Both the position numbers and the translations under genes were made by a program. From a virus (lineage: Duplodnaviria > Caudoviricetes), in the IMG/VR virus record IMGVR_UViG_3300032007_000017: 64,000 nt of DNA; one strand, given 5' to 3'. Each line of letters starts with the position of its first letter. The stretch's first letter is position 1. Under the pieces are notes generated by a model. It had not been told where the DNA came from. It saw only the letters and a program-made list of their open reading frames with translations, and searched no databases. Positions 48,462-59,241 of the stretch are shown piece after piece.

Positions 48462-50846
48462 ATGCCTGATTCCAACTATGTTTCAAATATTATGGATATC
48501 GCATATTATGCTGATGATCCTTCATATCCTGGAGTTACAAAGGAATTAACTGATAAGATTACTCATATGCAACAGCAAGCTGATGCAGAAGATCTCTATA
48601 TCATTAATCCTGTAAAACTCAGAGCAGGTACTTATAATTTAACAGATGCTTATGATAGATATATGAGCCAGACTAAGCCATTCCGTCGTAAATCAGATTG
48701 GCTTACATTATCTGCTATTGGTCTTACCAATCAGCAGATATTTGATTATATCTATAATAAAGCTATGCATCAAGATGATTCTCTTGAATTGTCCACGTTT
48801 GGACATTATGAAGAATATCAGAATATTGATGAGTCTGCATCAGTCGATGTCCCGGATTATATTCCTGTAATGGATAAACCTGTCGATATTGATGCTCTTC
48901 ATGCTCAGTATTCTGGTCCAGAATGGAATCAAAGGGTCTATAATCTCTCTGATTGGGAAGCTGAAACTGGATATATTGCTATTAATCCTGGTAGAATTAT
49001 TACTCTTGGTGCTCTTGAAGAACTCTGGAGTGCTTGGAATAATATGATTCGTAGACATCAGAGATATTCTGATTGGAAGATGATTGAGTTATTTGGTCTT
49101 ACCAATCAGCAGATGTATATAGGATATAAACAGTGGCTTCTTAAGAAAGAGAAAGAATCTGGTGGGCCTCTTACACCTCCTGGTGTAATTGCTGATGTAA
49201 TAGCTCCTAGACTTGAGACTAGTATTACTAAGACCTACTTTAATACTATTCTTGAAAATGGAGATATTACTCATCAGGAAATGGCTAGCTTAGATGCTAT
49301 TCCTGCTAGGCATCCTGAATTCTTTGATAATCGAGTTTATACAACTCTTATCAATGATATCCGTACCAAGGATGCAGAGATGAATGGAAATGTTCCTTCT
49401 GCTGAATGGTTCCATTCTGATCTTCCTGCTTATACTCCTGATGAGATGATTGATATGGGAGTTTATCAAGGAGGATCTAATCCCGAAGATACTAGTGATC
49501 TGATTCCTGGTCAGATTATGAATGAGGATTGGTTTAGAGAATACTGTCAGTTCTTTGAAACTGGCTATGAAACAGATCACTATATCAAATTAAATCAGGA
49601 TAGAATTCATAAACTCGAACAGCTTTACTACATTCCTTCTGATAGAACTGGTTCTAAGGATTGGCAGGAGTCTGTTAGAGCTCTTGGATGGAATCCTGAT
49701 ATAGAGTTTACTCCTAAGAATAGAGTAGTGAATGATAGATTGATGTCTGCTCATTATGAATCAGTCATTAATCATTATGATTTCGAAGATGTGAGAGATG
49801 AGATGACTCTCTTTGAAGCTAAAAAAGAGAAATCTAATGCTTATAAGCCTATCTTTATTACTCTTATTGAAGGTGGATCTCCGCTGTCTGTTGCTATCAA
49901 GAAAGCTACTAAAGCGAGTTATACTCATGCTATGCTTTCTCTCGATAGTACAATGGAGAAGATGTACTCATTTGGATTGGATACTAAGGTAAAACTTACT
50001 GGGTCTTTTATCATCGATGATATTCGCACTAAGCCGAAAGATAAACTCTTTAAAGCTTATGCAATTCTTGTTGATAATGAGACCTTCAATCAAATCAAAT
50101 CCAACATTGATCATTTCATTCAGAGACAAAGGCAAACAAAGTATTCTTGGGATGGATTGATTAAGTATCTTTTCAAACAGCCTTCTGAAGGTGATGATGA
50201 AAAGATGTTTTGTTCTCAATTCGTTGATAGAATGCTGAAACTTGGTAGCATTGACTTTACGAAAAAGAGCTCTAGTCTTCTATCTCCTAATGATCTTGAT
50301 AAGGCTGCTAAGAAGAATAAGAAGATTTATACTGTCTTTAAAGGTAAAGTCGGTGGATATAAGAAAGAAGTCATCGATAAGATCATCAATACTCTGCTTC
50401 AAAGAGAGACCTATTTTAAGCCTGTTAAAGAAGCAAGAGAACTTCCCATTCAGATGAATAAGAATGGAGATGTCTTAATCAATATCAATAAGACAGACTA
50501 TGCTGCTGAATACCAAGCATCTCATAGACTTCTTATGGAGTATGATAAGGCAAATAATATTGATGGTATGAAAGCTGAATTAGCTAAGTTATGGGCCATG
50601 CTTCTCTCTATCGAAGAGAAGATCTATGGAGATCATATGATTAGCTCAGCAAAACGTAGCAAGCTTTATATCACTAGAGCGCATATTCTTGGAGATTTCA
50701 ATAAGTATATGGAAATTGTAAATCGAAATGATGGTAGTTTCAATTTCAATGATTACTTCCAGAAGTCTCCTTATGCGAAAGGTGTTTATAAGGTTAATGC
50801 TGCTACAATCAGTGGCTTATTATCTCTTGTGAAACAAGTGCTTTAA
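48462..50846 (+). CDS. late protein with permuted papain-like (YiiX/NlpC-P60) domain
   Basis: SYTHAMLSLD ... KYSW ... MFCSQFV ... SPNDL. Confidence 0.7.
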   Translation: MPDSNYVSNIMDIAYYADDPSYPGVTKELTDKITHMQQQADAEDLYIINPVKLRAGTYNLTDAYDRYMSQTKPFRRKSDWLTLSAIGLTNQQIFDYIYNKAMHQDDSLELSTFGHYEEYQNIDESASVDVPDYIPVMDKPVDIDALHAQYSGPEWNQRVYNLSDWEAETGYIAINPGRIITLGALEELWSAWNNMIRRHQRYSDWKMIELFGLTNQQMYIGYKQWLLKKEKESGGPLTPPGVIADVIAPRLETSITKTYFNTILENGDITHQEMASLDAIPARHPEFFDNRVYTTLINDIRTKDAEMNGNVPSAEWFHSDLPAYTPDEMIDMGVYQGGSNPEDTSDLIPGQIMNEDWFREYCQFFETGYETDHYIKLNQDRIHKLEQLYYIPSDRTGSKDWQESVRALGWNPDIEFTPKNRVVNDRLMSAHYESVINHYDFEDVRDEMTLFEAKKEKSNAYKPIFITLIEGGSPLSVAIKKATKASYTHAMLSLDSTMEKMYSFGLDTKVKLTGSFIIDDIRTKPKDKLFKAYAILVDNETFNQIKSNIDHFIQRQRQTKYSWDGLIKYLFKQPSEGDDEKMFCSQFVDRMLKLGSIDFTKKSSSLLSPNDLDKAAKKNKKIYTVFKGKVGGYKKEVIDKIINTLLQRETYFKPVKEARELPIQMNKNGDVLININKTDYAAEYQASHRLLMEYDKANNIDGMKAELAKLWAMLLSIEEKIYGDHMISSAKRSKLYITRAHILGDFNKYMEIVNRNDGSFNFNDYFQKSPYAKGVYKVNAATISGLLSLVKQVL

Positions 50847-50908
50847 ACACATATTATTATAGTAGACCTGGTGACAGGTCTACTATATTTATGATGAGGT
50901 AAAGTTAT

Positions 50909-51070
50909 ATGACTAGAAAACAATTTATTTTAGTTGTAATACTTATGCTTATATCCCAGTTTATAATGTGGGGTATAATTGACCATGATATATATAGAAT
51001 GTGGGCAATTATATATGCTATTCTGTATATCATTATTGGTGCTTATTTTTACAAAATAAGCAAGAAATAG
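50909..51070 (+). CDS. 53-aa two-TM membrane protein (not in ORF track)
   Basis: MTRKQFILVVILMLISQFIMWGII...YAILYIIIGAYFYKISKK; GAGG RBS; early motif 50849-50860. Confidence 0.65.
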   Translation: MTRKQFILVVILMLISQFIMWGIIDHDIYRMWAIIYAILYIIIGAYFYKISKK

Positions 51071-51123
51071 TGTATTACTATAGCACAAACTTTAAATTAG
51101 TAAGAAAAGGAGGTATTAAATAT

Positions 51124-51714
51124 ATGGCTATTCTTACAGGATCAGAGATTTATAAACAGATCCAAGCTGGGAATATTACTATGGATCCGTTTGATCCTAA
51201 GTTAATCAATCCCAACTCTTGCAATCTTCATATCGCAGATGAGATTAAAGTATATAAGTCTGATAGACTGATTAAGCTCAATGGAGTAGATCTTATTGTC
51301 CTCGACAGTCATAAGGTGAACGAAACCGATACATATAAGATGACTGACGATGGCTTTATGCTTCTTCCTGGCATTCTTTATCTTGGAAGAACTGTCGAAA
51401 AAGTTGGAACAACTAAGTTTGTACCTAAACTCGATGGTCGTAGTTCTACCGGTAGACTTGGTCTTAAGATTCATCTTACTGCTGGATTTGGAGATATTGG
51501 ATTTAATGGAACCTGGACTCTGGAACTTGAAGTAACGCATCCGTTAATCATTTATCCTGGAGATGAGGTCTGCCAAATCTGTTTTGAGACTGTAGAAGGA
51601 GATACTGATTACTTGTATAATGGTCGTTATCAAGGTCAAGTCAATGCTACAGCCTCTAGGTTTTACGAGAACAAGAAAGGAGTCTTTAATCTTGAAGACG
51701 TTGCCCAAGACTAA
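51124..51714 (+). CDS. dcd: dCTP deaminase
   Basis: MAILTGSEI, INPNS, DGRSSTGRLG, AGFGDIGFNGTWTLE, YNGRYQGQ. Confidence 0.93.
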   Translation: MAILTGSEIYKQIQAGNITMDPFDPKLINPNSCNLHIADEIKVYKSDRLIKLNGVDLIVLDSHKVNETDTYKMTDDGFMLLPGILYLGRTVEKVGTTKFVPKLDGRSSTGRLGLKIHLTAGFGDIGFNGTWTLELEVTHPLIIYPGDEVCQICFETVEGDTDYLYNGRYQGQVNATASRFYENKKGVFNLEDVAQD

Positions 51715-52666
51715 AGGTCTTAAATTCTATAAATGGGTTGGTGACAAGTGCACGGTAATCCGTTTATATGATTACAATGAAGTCAAGCATGAGTATATAA
51801 TGCTTGATGAGAATAATCGAAAGATTAAAATTCCTGAAGATGAAATGCTTGATGATATCTGGATCAAGCTCAATCCTGATGGAATCATGTCCTTCTTTAT
51901 CATTGAGAGTAAAGACATTGAAGGTACTATTACACAAGATGTCATGATCACTCTCAATCGAATTAATACAAAAACTCGAACTCTCGAAGAAGTTCCATAT
52001 GTCATTTGTCGTCAATCTGTTATTGATATCTTTGCTCTTCTTCAAGATAAGACAAGATATATTGCAGGTATGACGATGTCTATTAAGACATGCCCGAATG
52101 AAGTAAACTTCTCTGACTTCTTGAAGTTTGAGAAGATGAACCATAAAGTTCAGGTTGCTGTCTATATGGAAGATCATCAAGATGATATTCTCAGGTTGAT
52201 CAATACGCATAAGTTTGATACTACTCTGAGGAATATCAAAGCAAAGGCTCATAAGATGATTGCACAAGGAGTGCAAGGCTATTGTGAGACTTTGTATGAT
52301 CTGATGAGAGATAATTTCTTTATGTTTGATTTTAGAGATGCTTATGACATCACTGAAATCGATATGGAGAAGTTCGATTTTGAAGATGATAAAACTAACA
52401 AAGCTTTAACAGAGTTCATCATATCCAGTAAGCAAGAAGTACCTGTTAAGTTTTATCCCATGAAATTCGATAGAACTGTATACTTAGAGGAACTTCAGAG
52501 ACCATACGTATTAATTGCTCCGATGTCCTATAAGTATCCGCTTGGGGATATTACTGTACTTTGCTATGATGTCTCTCAGACCATCTCATTCAAAGATGTT
52601 GTCAACAAAGGCTTAAAGCCATCTGATGCTAAGAAAGAGGTAATGAAGCAATTAGGATGGCAGTAA
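51692..52666 (+). CDS. hypothetical protein
   Basis: TTG start after AAGGAG. Confidence 0.75.
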   Translation: MKTLPKTKGLKFYKWVGDKCTVIRLYDYNEVKHEYIMLDENNRKIKIPEDEMLDDIWIKLNPDGIMSFFIIESKDIEGTITQDVMITLNRINTKTRTLEEVPYVICRQSVIDIFALLQDKTRYIAGMTMSIKTCPNEVNFSDFLKFEKMNHKVQVAVYMEDHQDDILRLINTHKFDTTLRNIKAKAHKMIAQGVQGYCETLYDLMRDNFFMFDFRDAYDITEIDMEKFDFEDDKTNKALTEFIISSKQEVPVKFYPMKFDRTVYLEELQRPYVLIAPMSYKYPLGDITVLCYDVSQTISFKDVVNKGLKPSDAKKEVMKQLGWQ

Positions 52667-52763
52667 AATGTGTTTTAGACACATATTATTCATGTAAGAT
52701 AGTGTGATTCCATAGTCACATTATTGATAAGCTTATCAATCTATAAAAGGAGGCTCCAAAACT

Positions 52764-53573
52764 ATGGAAACAACCAATGCTAACGTTTTGACCCAGGAGG
52801 AGAACGTCTCCCCCAAGACTGAGGCGAACACCGAGAAGGACAAGATGACGATTGACCTCGATCCGATCAAGTTCGAGGCCGATGCGGAAACCATGTTCAT
52901 CAATGGTGCTCAGCTCACCGAAAAGATTAGCGCTATGTTCAAGGCCGTGTTTGCTGACTTTGTCGGCTGCCAGATCGTTACCAACAATCCTGGTATTGCG
53001 GCTCCTGAGATCGTTAATCGCACAATCGCGCCCGGTGCCATGTATGTGAATCTCTCCTTTGCGGAGAATAGTTCCAAGGATGGATACCATGTCCTGAAGC
53101 GCCGCTCCGAAACGAAGGGTACGAAGATGATCTCTCGTCTCAACTTCGTCAATGGCGGCATGTCCAACCGTATGTATACGATTGACGATGGGGCCAAGGA
53201 AGCTCTCGAAGAGTTCCTGCCGACTCAGTTCAACAAGAACAAGAAGCCTGACTTCGATGCTCGTTATGTTGAGCTCGTCAACTCTGCTCCGGCTGGATTC
53301 ATGAACTATGGCTTCAATGGTGGAAGCATGACCGAATGTAAGCTCTTTGGATTCCCCATCGAACTTCTGCTCAAGAAGATCTATGGTGCCAAGGACAGCG
53401 AAGGTCATGATCTCGAGTATGGCTGCAACCTGATTCGTATGACCGTCGATGGTCGTGATTCGGTTCTGCAGGTCACTCAGCTCAAGTCCTCTACCGTGAA
53501 CAAGCTGTTCAACATCATGGGTATGGGTCAGCAGCAGTTCGGTAATCCGATGCTGAACTATATGACCCGTTAA
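52764..53573 (+). CDS. highly expressed early protein of unknown function
   Basis: Early motif 52681-52690, strong codon bias, own terminator. Confidence 0.8.
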   Translation: METTNANVLTQEENVSPKTEANTEKDKMTIDLDPIKFEADAETMFINGAQLTEKISAMFKAVFADFVGCQIVTNNPGIAAPEIVNRTIAPGAMYVNLSFAENSSKDGYHVLKRRSETKGTKMISRLNFVNGGMSNRMYTIDDGAKEALEEFLPTQFNKNKKPDFDARYVELVNSAPAGFMNYGFNGGSMTECKLFGFPIELLLKKIYGAKDSEGHDLEYGCNLIRMTVDGRDSVLQVTQLKSSTVNKLFNIMGMGQQQFGNPMLNYMTR

Positions 53574-53658
53574 GTATCCACATAAGGGCACGATAAAAAG
53601 AAAGGGAGAATAAAATCTCCCTTTCTTTTTTCAAGCTAATTTTTAAGGAGCTGAGATT

Positions 53659-53946
53659 ATGAAGAAGATAAATATCGATCAATTAAATAATATGATCATT
53701 GGTATGGTTGAAACTAATTCATCAAACCCTGAACGTTGTAGATTTGGTGCAATCATAGAAAATGACAATGACGAAAATCTCAATATCAGTTTTCTTTCCT
53801 ATGAAAGTATACTTTGGTTTGCTAAAGTTACTCAAAATATAACTGATAATGATATAATAGCTCTGGTTGATCTCTATACTGGAGAACTTGTATCAATGAA
53901 AACGGCATATGAGATTTCAATGGAACGAATTGGAGGTAAAGGATAA
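53659..53946 (+). CDS. hypothetical protein
   Basis: AAGGAG RBS. Confidence 0.65.
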   Translation: MKKINIDQLNNMIIGMVETNSSNPERCRFGAIIENDNDENLNISFLSYESILWFAKVTQNITDNDIIALVDLYTGELVSMKTAYEISMERIGGKG

Positions 53947-54380
53947 TGGCATTTGATGGTGGTGGAAATATTCATTATGAATATGATCCCAATGGAGTGA
54001 ATGAGATCATCGATGAACTTAGTCCTACCAGCTATCTCTCTCTTCGTAGTGTAAGATGGAGTGAAGATGGGGACTTCAAGCTTGATCTCAGACGCTATTT
54101 CGTCAAGCAAGATGAATCTGAGATGCCTGGAAAGGGCTGTTCTATTCATAATCCGAACAGACTTGCAAATGTTCTCTTCTCTAATGGCTTTGGTGATACT
54201 GAAACCATTGCTAGAGAATTATTCTGCAGGGATGATTGGAACAAGGGAGTAGGTACAGTTCTGGCAGATATGAATGATACAGAATACAAGAAATTCAAAA
54301 AGGATATGGATACTGCTCGTGATGAAGCCATTAAGAATCGTGGCATGAGCAGTGATGATTTCTTGGGAGCTCTGGCTTAA
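53946..54380 (+). CDS. PC4/YdbC-like ssDNA-binding protein
   Basis: LRSVRWSEDGDFKLDLRRY...MPGKG. Confidence 0.65.
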   Translation: MAFDGGGNIHYEYDPNGVNEIIDELSPTSYLSLRSVRWSEDGDFKLDLRRYFVKQDESEMPGKGCSIHNPNRLANVLFSNGFGDTETIARELFCRDDWNKGVGTVLADMNDTEYKKFKKDMDTARDEAIKNRGMSSDDFLGALA

Positions 54381-55466
54381 ATGGAAGCTGAGTTTGATCT
54401 GTATTATGCACTATTAGGAAACTTTGTTAGTTACGAAGCATTGTTTCCTATTAGTAAAAAGCTTCTTTATGATTATCGTGGAGAAGCTCCACTATTAGAC
54501 TTTTATATCGATATCAATTCGTATATTAAGTCTTTCTGGGTTCCAAGAAAATATTCCTATAAGAATATCAATATTCTCACAGCCAATCTAATTAATTGCT
54601 GTGCTCATTATAGGAACTATTTCTGGACTCGTCATACAATGAAAACCAGATTCTTCTTAGTGTGGGCAGATAATATACCAGAGAGTAAACCTCTTGAGTA
54701 TAATGCTCACTATAAGGAACGAGTCAATACTGCAAGTATAGCAGGATGGCAGGCTCCTATGATCAATTTCACTAAGAAGGCTTTAGCATTTCTATGTAAG
54801 TACCTTCCACAAATCTACTTTATTGAAGGTGGTACGAATGAAACTGCTGGAGTAATAAGTGCTTTAATAAAACAGAATTCTGTTCCGGCAAATCCTAAAG
54901 TGATATTGTCGAAAGATGCTTATTGCTACCAGCTCGTTGCATACCATCCGAATACGTTTATACTTCGTCCTAAGAAACGTAAGATAAATGGCAATAGTGT
55001 AGATGCTTCGTGGTTGGTTACTAAGACAAACCTCTTCAATGCATTGAAGGAAGAGCTTGGTTATAAACAAACTGCTGTATTTCCATCTAATGTACAACAT
55101 CTAGATTGCGTATTAGGTCTTTCTGGATTAAAGGCTCGTCATATACGAGGAGTAATGACAGTCTCTAAAGCATGTGATTTAATTGCTGCTATTGAGCAAG
55201 CTGCTCCTGAGCATCTAGATAGTCCAGAAAAACTGGAAATGAGTATTAAGCTTAATCCAGTAGATGTAGAACGAGGAGTCAATCCAATCGGGCTTTCTAT
55301 TACTGCTAATCTCTTAGATGCAAGAATAGATGAACTGAGTTTTGTATCTTCACCACTATTTGTGGAGGTAAGCAAGTCTATAGTTGATCTATATAATCCT
55401 CAAGCTGTTATGGAGATTAGTAACCATGAGTATCAGGATTATCCTCTTGAACTGATGGAATTATAG
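54381..55466 (+). CDS. 5'-3' exonuclease/FEN-like (PIN-fold) protein, divergent
   Basis: FYIDINS, ILSKD..YQL and an HhH-like LSG..IRGV; several catalytic acids appear to be missing. Confidence 0.55.
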   Translation: MEAEFDLYYALLGNFVSYEALFPISKKLLYDYRGEAPLLDFYIDINSYIKSFWVPRKYSYKNINILTANLINCCAHYRNYFWTRHTMKTRFFLVWADNIPESKPLEYNAHYKERVNTASIAGWQAPMINFTKKALAFLCKYLPQIYFIEGGTNETAGVISALIKQNSVPANPKVILSKDAYCYQLVAYHPNTFILRPKKRKINGNSVDASWLVTKTNLFNALKEELGYKQTAVFPSNVQHLDCVLGLSGLKARHIRGVMTVSKACDLIAAIEQAAPEHLDSPEKLEMSIKLNPVDVERGVNPIGLSITANLLDARIDELSFVSSPLFVEVSKSIVDLYNPQAVMEISNHEYQDYPLELMEL

Positions 55467-55531
55467 AGCTCGAACATAAGGGTAGTAGTCAAACTACTAC
55501 CCTTATTATTTTTTATAAAGGGGGAGTCTCT

Positions 55532-56764
55532 GTGCCTAATATATCTACTAGCAATAAGAATGTGATATACAAGTACACAGCGGAAATCCTTACAAACTTT
55601 GAAAATGATAATAATCCGATTAGAATTGATTTTCTTCGGTTCCGTTCGATTGTAGTTGACTATAATTATGATAAGCTTAATTTTCCTCTCTTCTACTGCA
55701 ATGTAGGAATTCGTAGAGAGGATGCTATTAAATTAGCTGAGAATCAGAAGAATGGAACCGTTATATTCACAATGTGGAAATATCGTGAAGACATCACTTC
55801 TGCTTCTGATATGAAAATTGAAGTTCTTAGAAAAGAATGTATATACTTTATTCCTACTGATGTATCCAAAGAAAGTGATGCTATTATAGTCGATGAAGAT
55901 AAGTCTGATGACTATGGTTATCGCACCACAATTGGCTTAATTGTTCTTGATCATACCAATAAAAATGAAATGGTTAAGCATGGTGTCATCAATAAAGGAA
56001 CAATGTCTTCTGTTCTTTTCTATCAATTAAAAGACCATCAATTGATAATGGAGCCTTTACAGCATAATCCTACACTTAATGGTCTTATGCTACCTCCTCT
56101 TCATACATTATCTAAAATGATAGGGTATTTGAATAATTACTCTGCATTTTATGATACAATGTATAAATTCTTTATTAGCTTCGAAGCCACTTATCTTCTT
56201 TCTTCTTCTGGAAAAGGAGTTAAGAAAAAAGGCAATAGAAGTAATATGGTAAAATTCATTATCCAAAAGACATACTATGAAGAATCCATAGAGGGTATGA
56301 CAGAAAAGGATGATATGTATGAGATTCCTTGCTCTGCATCATACTGTGTTCTGGATGATGGTAGCAATAATGATAAATTCTTTTCTGGATTAGAAGGGAT
56401 TACTTCTAATGGAGGAAAAGAAGAAAAAGAAACTGGATTACGAGATAAAGAGAGTAAACTTATTAAGCATTCTGAAACAATTAGATTACCTAATAATAAT
56501 ACTACTCTTCTCGATAATATCGTATCAGAAGCTGCTAATAGTGCTGTCGTAATGACAATCACTAAAAATAAAATAGATAGTACTATACTTACTCCAAATA
56601 AGCAGTACTATATAGATTGTACAGAAGTTTATGGTGAGCAATTCACTGGAACATACTTATTGTCAAGCAAAAAAGAAATGTATGTACCAGAAGGTGAAGG
56701 TCTTGCTATGTCTGTTATTCTTCGTATGAAGAAGCTAGCTAATTCTGAAAAAACAACATCCTAG
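55532..56764 (+). CDS. late structural protein, possible baseplate hub
   Basis: Late promoter 55473-55484; beta-rich, C-terminal LTPNKQY..GTYLL pattern. Confidence 0.5.
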   Translation: MPNISTSNKNVIYKYTAEILTNFENDNNPIRIDFLRFRSIVVDYNYDKLNFPLFYCNVGIRREDAIKLAENQKNGTVIFTMWKYREDITSASDMKIEVLRKECIYFIPTDVSKESDAIIVDEDKSDDYGYRTTIGLIVLDHTNKNEMVKHGVINKGTMSSVLFYQLKDHQLIMEPLQHNPTLNGLMLPPLHTLSKMIGYLNNYSAFYDTMYKFFISFEATYLLSSSGKGVKKKGNRSNMVKFIIQKTYYEESIEGMTEKDDMYEIPCSASYCVLDDGSNNDKFFSGLEGITSNGGKEEKETGLRDKESKLIKHSETIRLPNNNTTLLDNIVSEAANSAVVMTITKNKIDSTILTPNKQYYIDCTEVYGEQFTGTYLLSSKKEMYVPEGEGLAMSVILRMKKLANSEKTTS

Positions 56765-56790
56765 GGATTTCTCCCTAGGATGTAATTTAT

Positions 56791-59241
56791 TTATTTTTTG
56801 TTTTGCTGTTGATCTTGCTGCTGCTGTTGGTTGTTATTCTGCTGCTGGTTATTATTCGTCTGTCCACCATCGCCAGTATAACGCTTGACATGGATTCTAA
56901 TAACCTGCATACATTCATTACGAATAAACTCACAAGCAGACATCTTAGCCTTCAGCATGCCAGAACAGACATTCGAGTATACTCTGCAGTAGTTATCAAT
57001 CACATTCTTATGATTGTTTCTAGCCTGCATAGTATTATTATCAGAATTATCTTGTCCTGTTACATTCTTGACACGGCTAGCACCAGTAGCATTTCCATTA
57101 TCATCCTGATGAATGGTTTCAACCTCAACAAGAACACCACTCTCATTAAGAGTAAACCATTTCTCATAGAGATAAGAATATGCTGCTTCAGCATTAGGTT
57201 GAGCATTCTGCCCACCACCTTGTCCAGGACCATTAGCTCCTTCAGTATCGCCAGTTTCAACATCTTTACCAGCTTGCTTCAGGAGATTTTTAATACTCTT
57301 CTCCATCTCACGGATAGAGTTCTTGATATTATTCTCGATTTTACGAATATCATACAGGAAGTCATAGTACATCTTGATATTCTGCTGGAACTGTTTTCCA
57401 GTAAACTCAAAATCATGGCCTTGCATGCAGAAGTAGTTCTTAAACCAGTTATTGATGCCAGCAAGATCCTGAATATCATCAGTCTTTGCCTTCTCAGAGG
57501 TATCACCAGCAAGGGCATTCTTGTAATGATTAAAGAACTTCACCTCATCAGTCAACTGAGACTGAGTCATAGTTTGAAGATCGAGAGTAGGGATCTTAGA
57601 CTGATCATAAATTCTTCTGATACTCAATCCAAGATTCTGAGACTTGTACTGAGAGTTATCAAAAGGTTTAGTCAGGATAATATCTTTGTAGCGGTCAAGA
57701 TAATGCTTTGTAGTTGTGAAGTTAGCAGTAAGCTTCTCCATAAACTTCTCAAAAATCTTCTTGATAGCAGCAATAGTATTAAAGTAAGCTTTCTTTACCT
57801 TATCGCCGACATCTTCATTGATAGAGAGAAGACCTTCATAAATAGCTTGATCATTCTCTGCATTAGCAAACAGAAGAGCTTCCTGATTAATAGCCTGTCT
57901 CTCAAGAGTATGAGAGAAGATATTAAATCTAGCAGAAGTATCAGAGATATCATTATAGAATTCTCTATAGAGATCTCTTTCATCCATATCGCTAAGTTGA
58001 GTATCCATACCAAAAGCTTCCTCAATTAACTCAGGAGAATTCTGGTATGTAGCAGACTCGAAATAATAAGCCTCGTTAAAGTCCACTCCTTTAGCACGAT
58101 TAGCAATTCTCTTAGTGACTGCATTCATCTGATTGATTTCTTGGCTTACATAAGACCAATAGTTGTTATTCGCAGTCTGGATAACACCAGCAACCTTAAT
58201 ACTAGTCTTTCTAAGAGTAGCAAAAAGATTATTAACCTCAGACTGTTTGTCTCCAAACATATTGGGATTATGCTCGACATTATACTTAATTCTATTAAGC
58301 ATATGAGTCATACGAGCAAGATCAGAAACAGGAGTAAGTTTAATAAACTTAAATCCTTTATCATGATCATAGCCATCCATCCACTCAAAACGCTGAGACA
58401 GATACTGATCAGCATTTCCAGTATAATCAGCAGCATTGATTCTAAGAGAATCAATATCACTATTGACCTTGGATCTAACCTTCTCATTTGTAGCTTTGAT
58501 CTCATCTATCTCTTTACTAACAGAAGAAGAATTTCCAGAAGTAAAGCTATTGACAAGGCTATTATATTGCTGCATCAAGTCATTAAGATCTCTAATAGCA
58601 GAAATATTACCAGAAGCCTGATCAATAGTGGGATGAGAAAACTTCTTCAGCTCAATATTAGAATTGGCTGCAGCTTCCTTGAACTTTTCAAGAGATACTT
58701 TGAGATTCTTGACAGAGGTTCTATCAATATAAGGATTCAGAGTAGTAAATTTTCCTTCATTTTGACTGACATTTCCCTGGAAGTAAACGCCAGCATCAGA
58801 TTCTCTATCGCTATCACTAGAATTGGAAGAAGAACTACTATTGGAATTGCTATATCCTCCTCCACTATAACTATTTCCGCTATAGGAATTATAATTAGTA
58901 TAAGAACTATGGCTATTCCAATATTCTCGAGCTCGTTTATTAACTCTATCTATTTTAATAGATTCGATAATATAATAGATAAGGCTAATAAGGAAACCAC
59001 AGATAGATGCAATAAAGAACGCTCCCTGGCCAGAGATCTCATCAATAGGAGTAAGTTCATTACTCTCAAGAATCTTCTTAAGATATTCTCTCTGAGCATA
59101 GTTCTCAGCAATTAATTCAGCATCCTCAAACTCAAGAATAGACATAATAGTCGATTCATCTTGAGCAACGATTTTATATGCTGTTTCTTTCAGTAACTCA
59201 TTATTGGTTACGGTAAGTACATCAGCACTAAATGCTTTCAT
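56791..59241 (-). CDS. inner-head/virion protein
   Basis: Late promoter 59266-59277; amphipathic IAAIKKIFEKFMEKL helix after INE; internal TM segment. Confidence 0.65.
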   Translation of the reverse strand: MKAFSADVLTVTNNELLKETAYKIVAQDESTIMSILEFEDAELIAENYAQREYLKKILESNELTPIDEISGQGAFFIASICGFLISLIYYIIESIKIDRVNKRAREYWNSHSSYTNYNSYSGNSYSGGGYSNSNSSSSSNSSDSDRESDAGVYFQGNVSQNEGKFTTLNPYIDRTSVKNLKVSLEKFKEAAANSNIELKKFSHPTIDQASGNISAIRDLNDLMQQYNSLVNSFTSGNSSSVSKEIDEIKATNEKVRSKVNSDIDSLRINAADYTGNADQYLSQRFEWMDGYDHDKGFKFIKLTPVSDLARMTHMLNRIKYNVEHNPNMFGDKQSEVNNLFATLRKTSIKVAGVIQTANNNYWSYVSQEINQMNAVTKRIANRAKGVDFNEAYYFESATYQNSPELIEEAFGMDTQLSDMDERDLYREFYNDISDTSARFNIFSHTLERQAINQEALLFANAENDQAIYEGLLSINEDVGDKVKKAYFNTIAAIKKIFEKFMEKLTANFTTTKHYLDRYKDIILTKPFDNSQYKSQNLGLSIRRIYDQSKIPTLDLQTMTQSQLTDEVKFFNHYKNALAGDTSEKAKTDDIQDLAGINNWFKNYFCMQGHDFEFTGKQFQQNIKMYYDFLYDIRKIENNIKNSIREMEKSIKNLLKQAGKDVETGDTEGANGPGQGGGQNAQPNAEAAYSYLYEKWFTLNESGVLVEVETIHQDDNGNATGASRVKNVTGQDNSDNNTMQARNNHKNVIDNYCRVYSNVCSGMLKAKMSACEFIRNECMQVIRIHVKRYTGDGGQTNNNQQQNNNQQQQQDQQQNKK

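Noticed and set aside
52764-53573. Phage nucleus shell protein (chimallin) or PhuZ
   Set aside because: Too short for chimallin and no tubulin GGGTGSG-type motif; nothing supports it.
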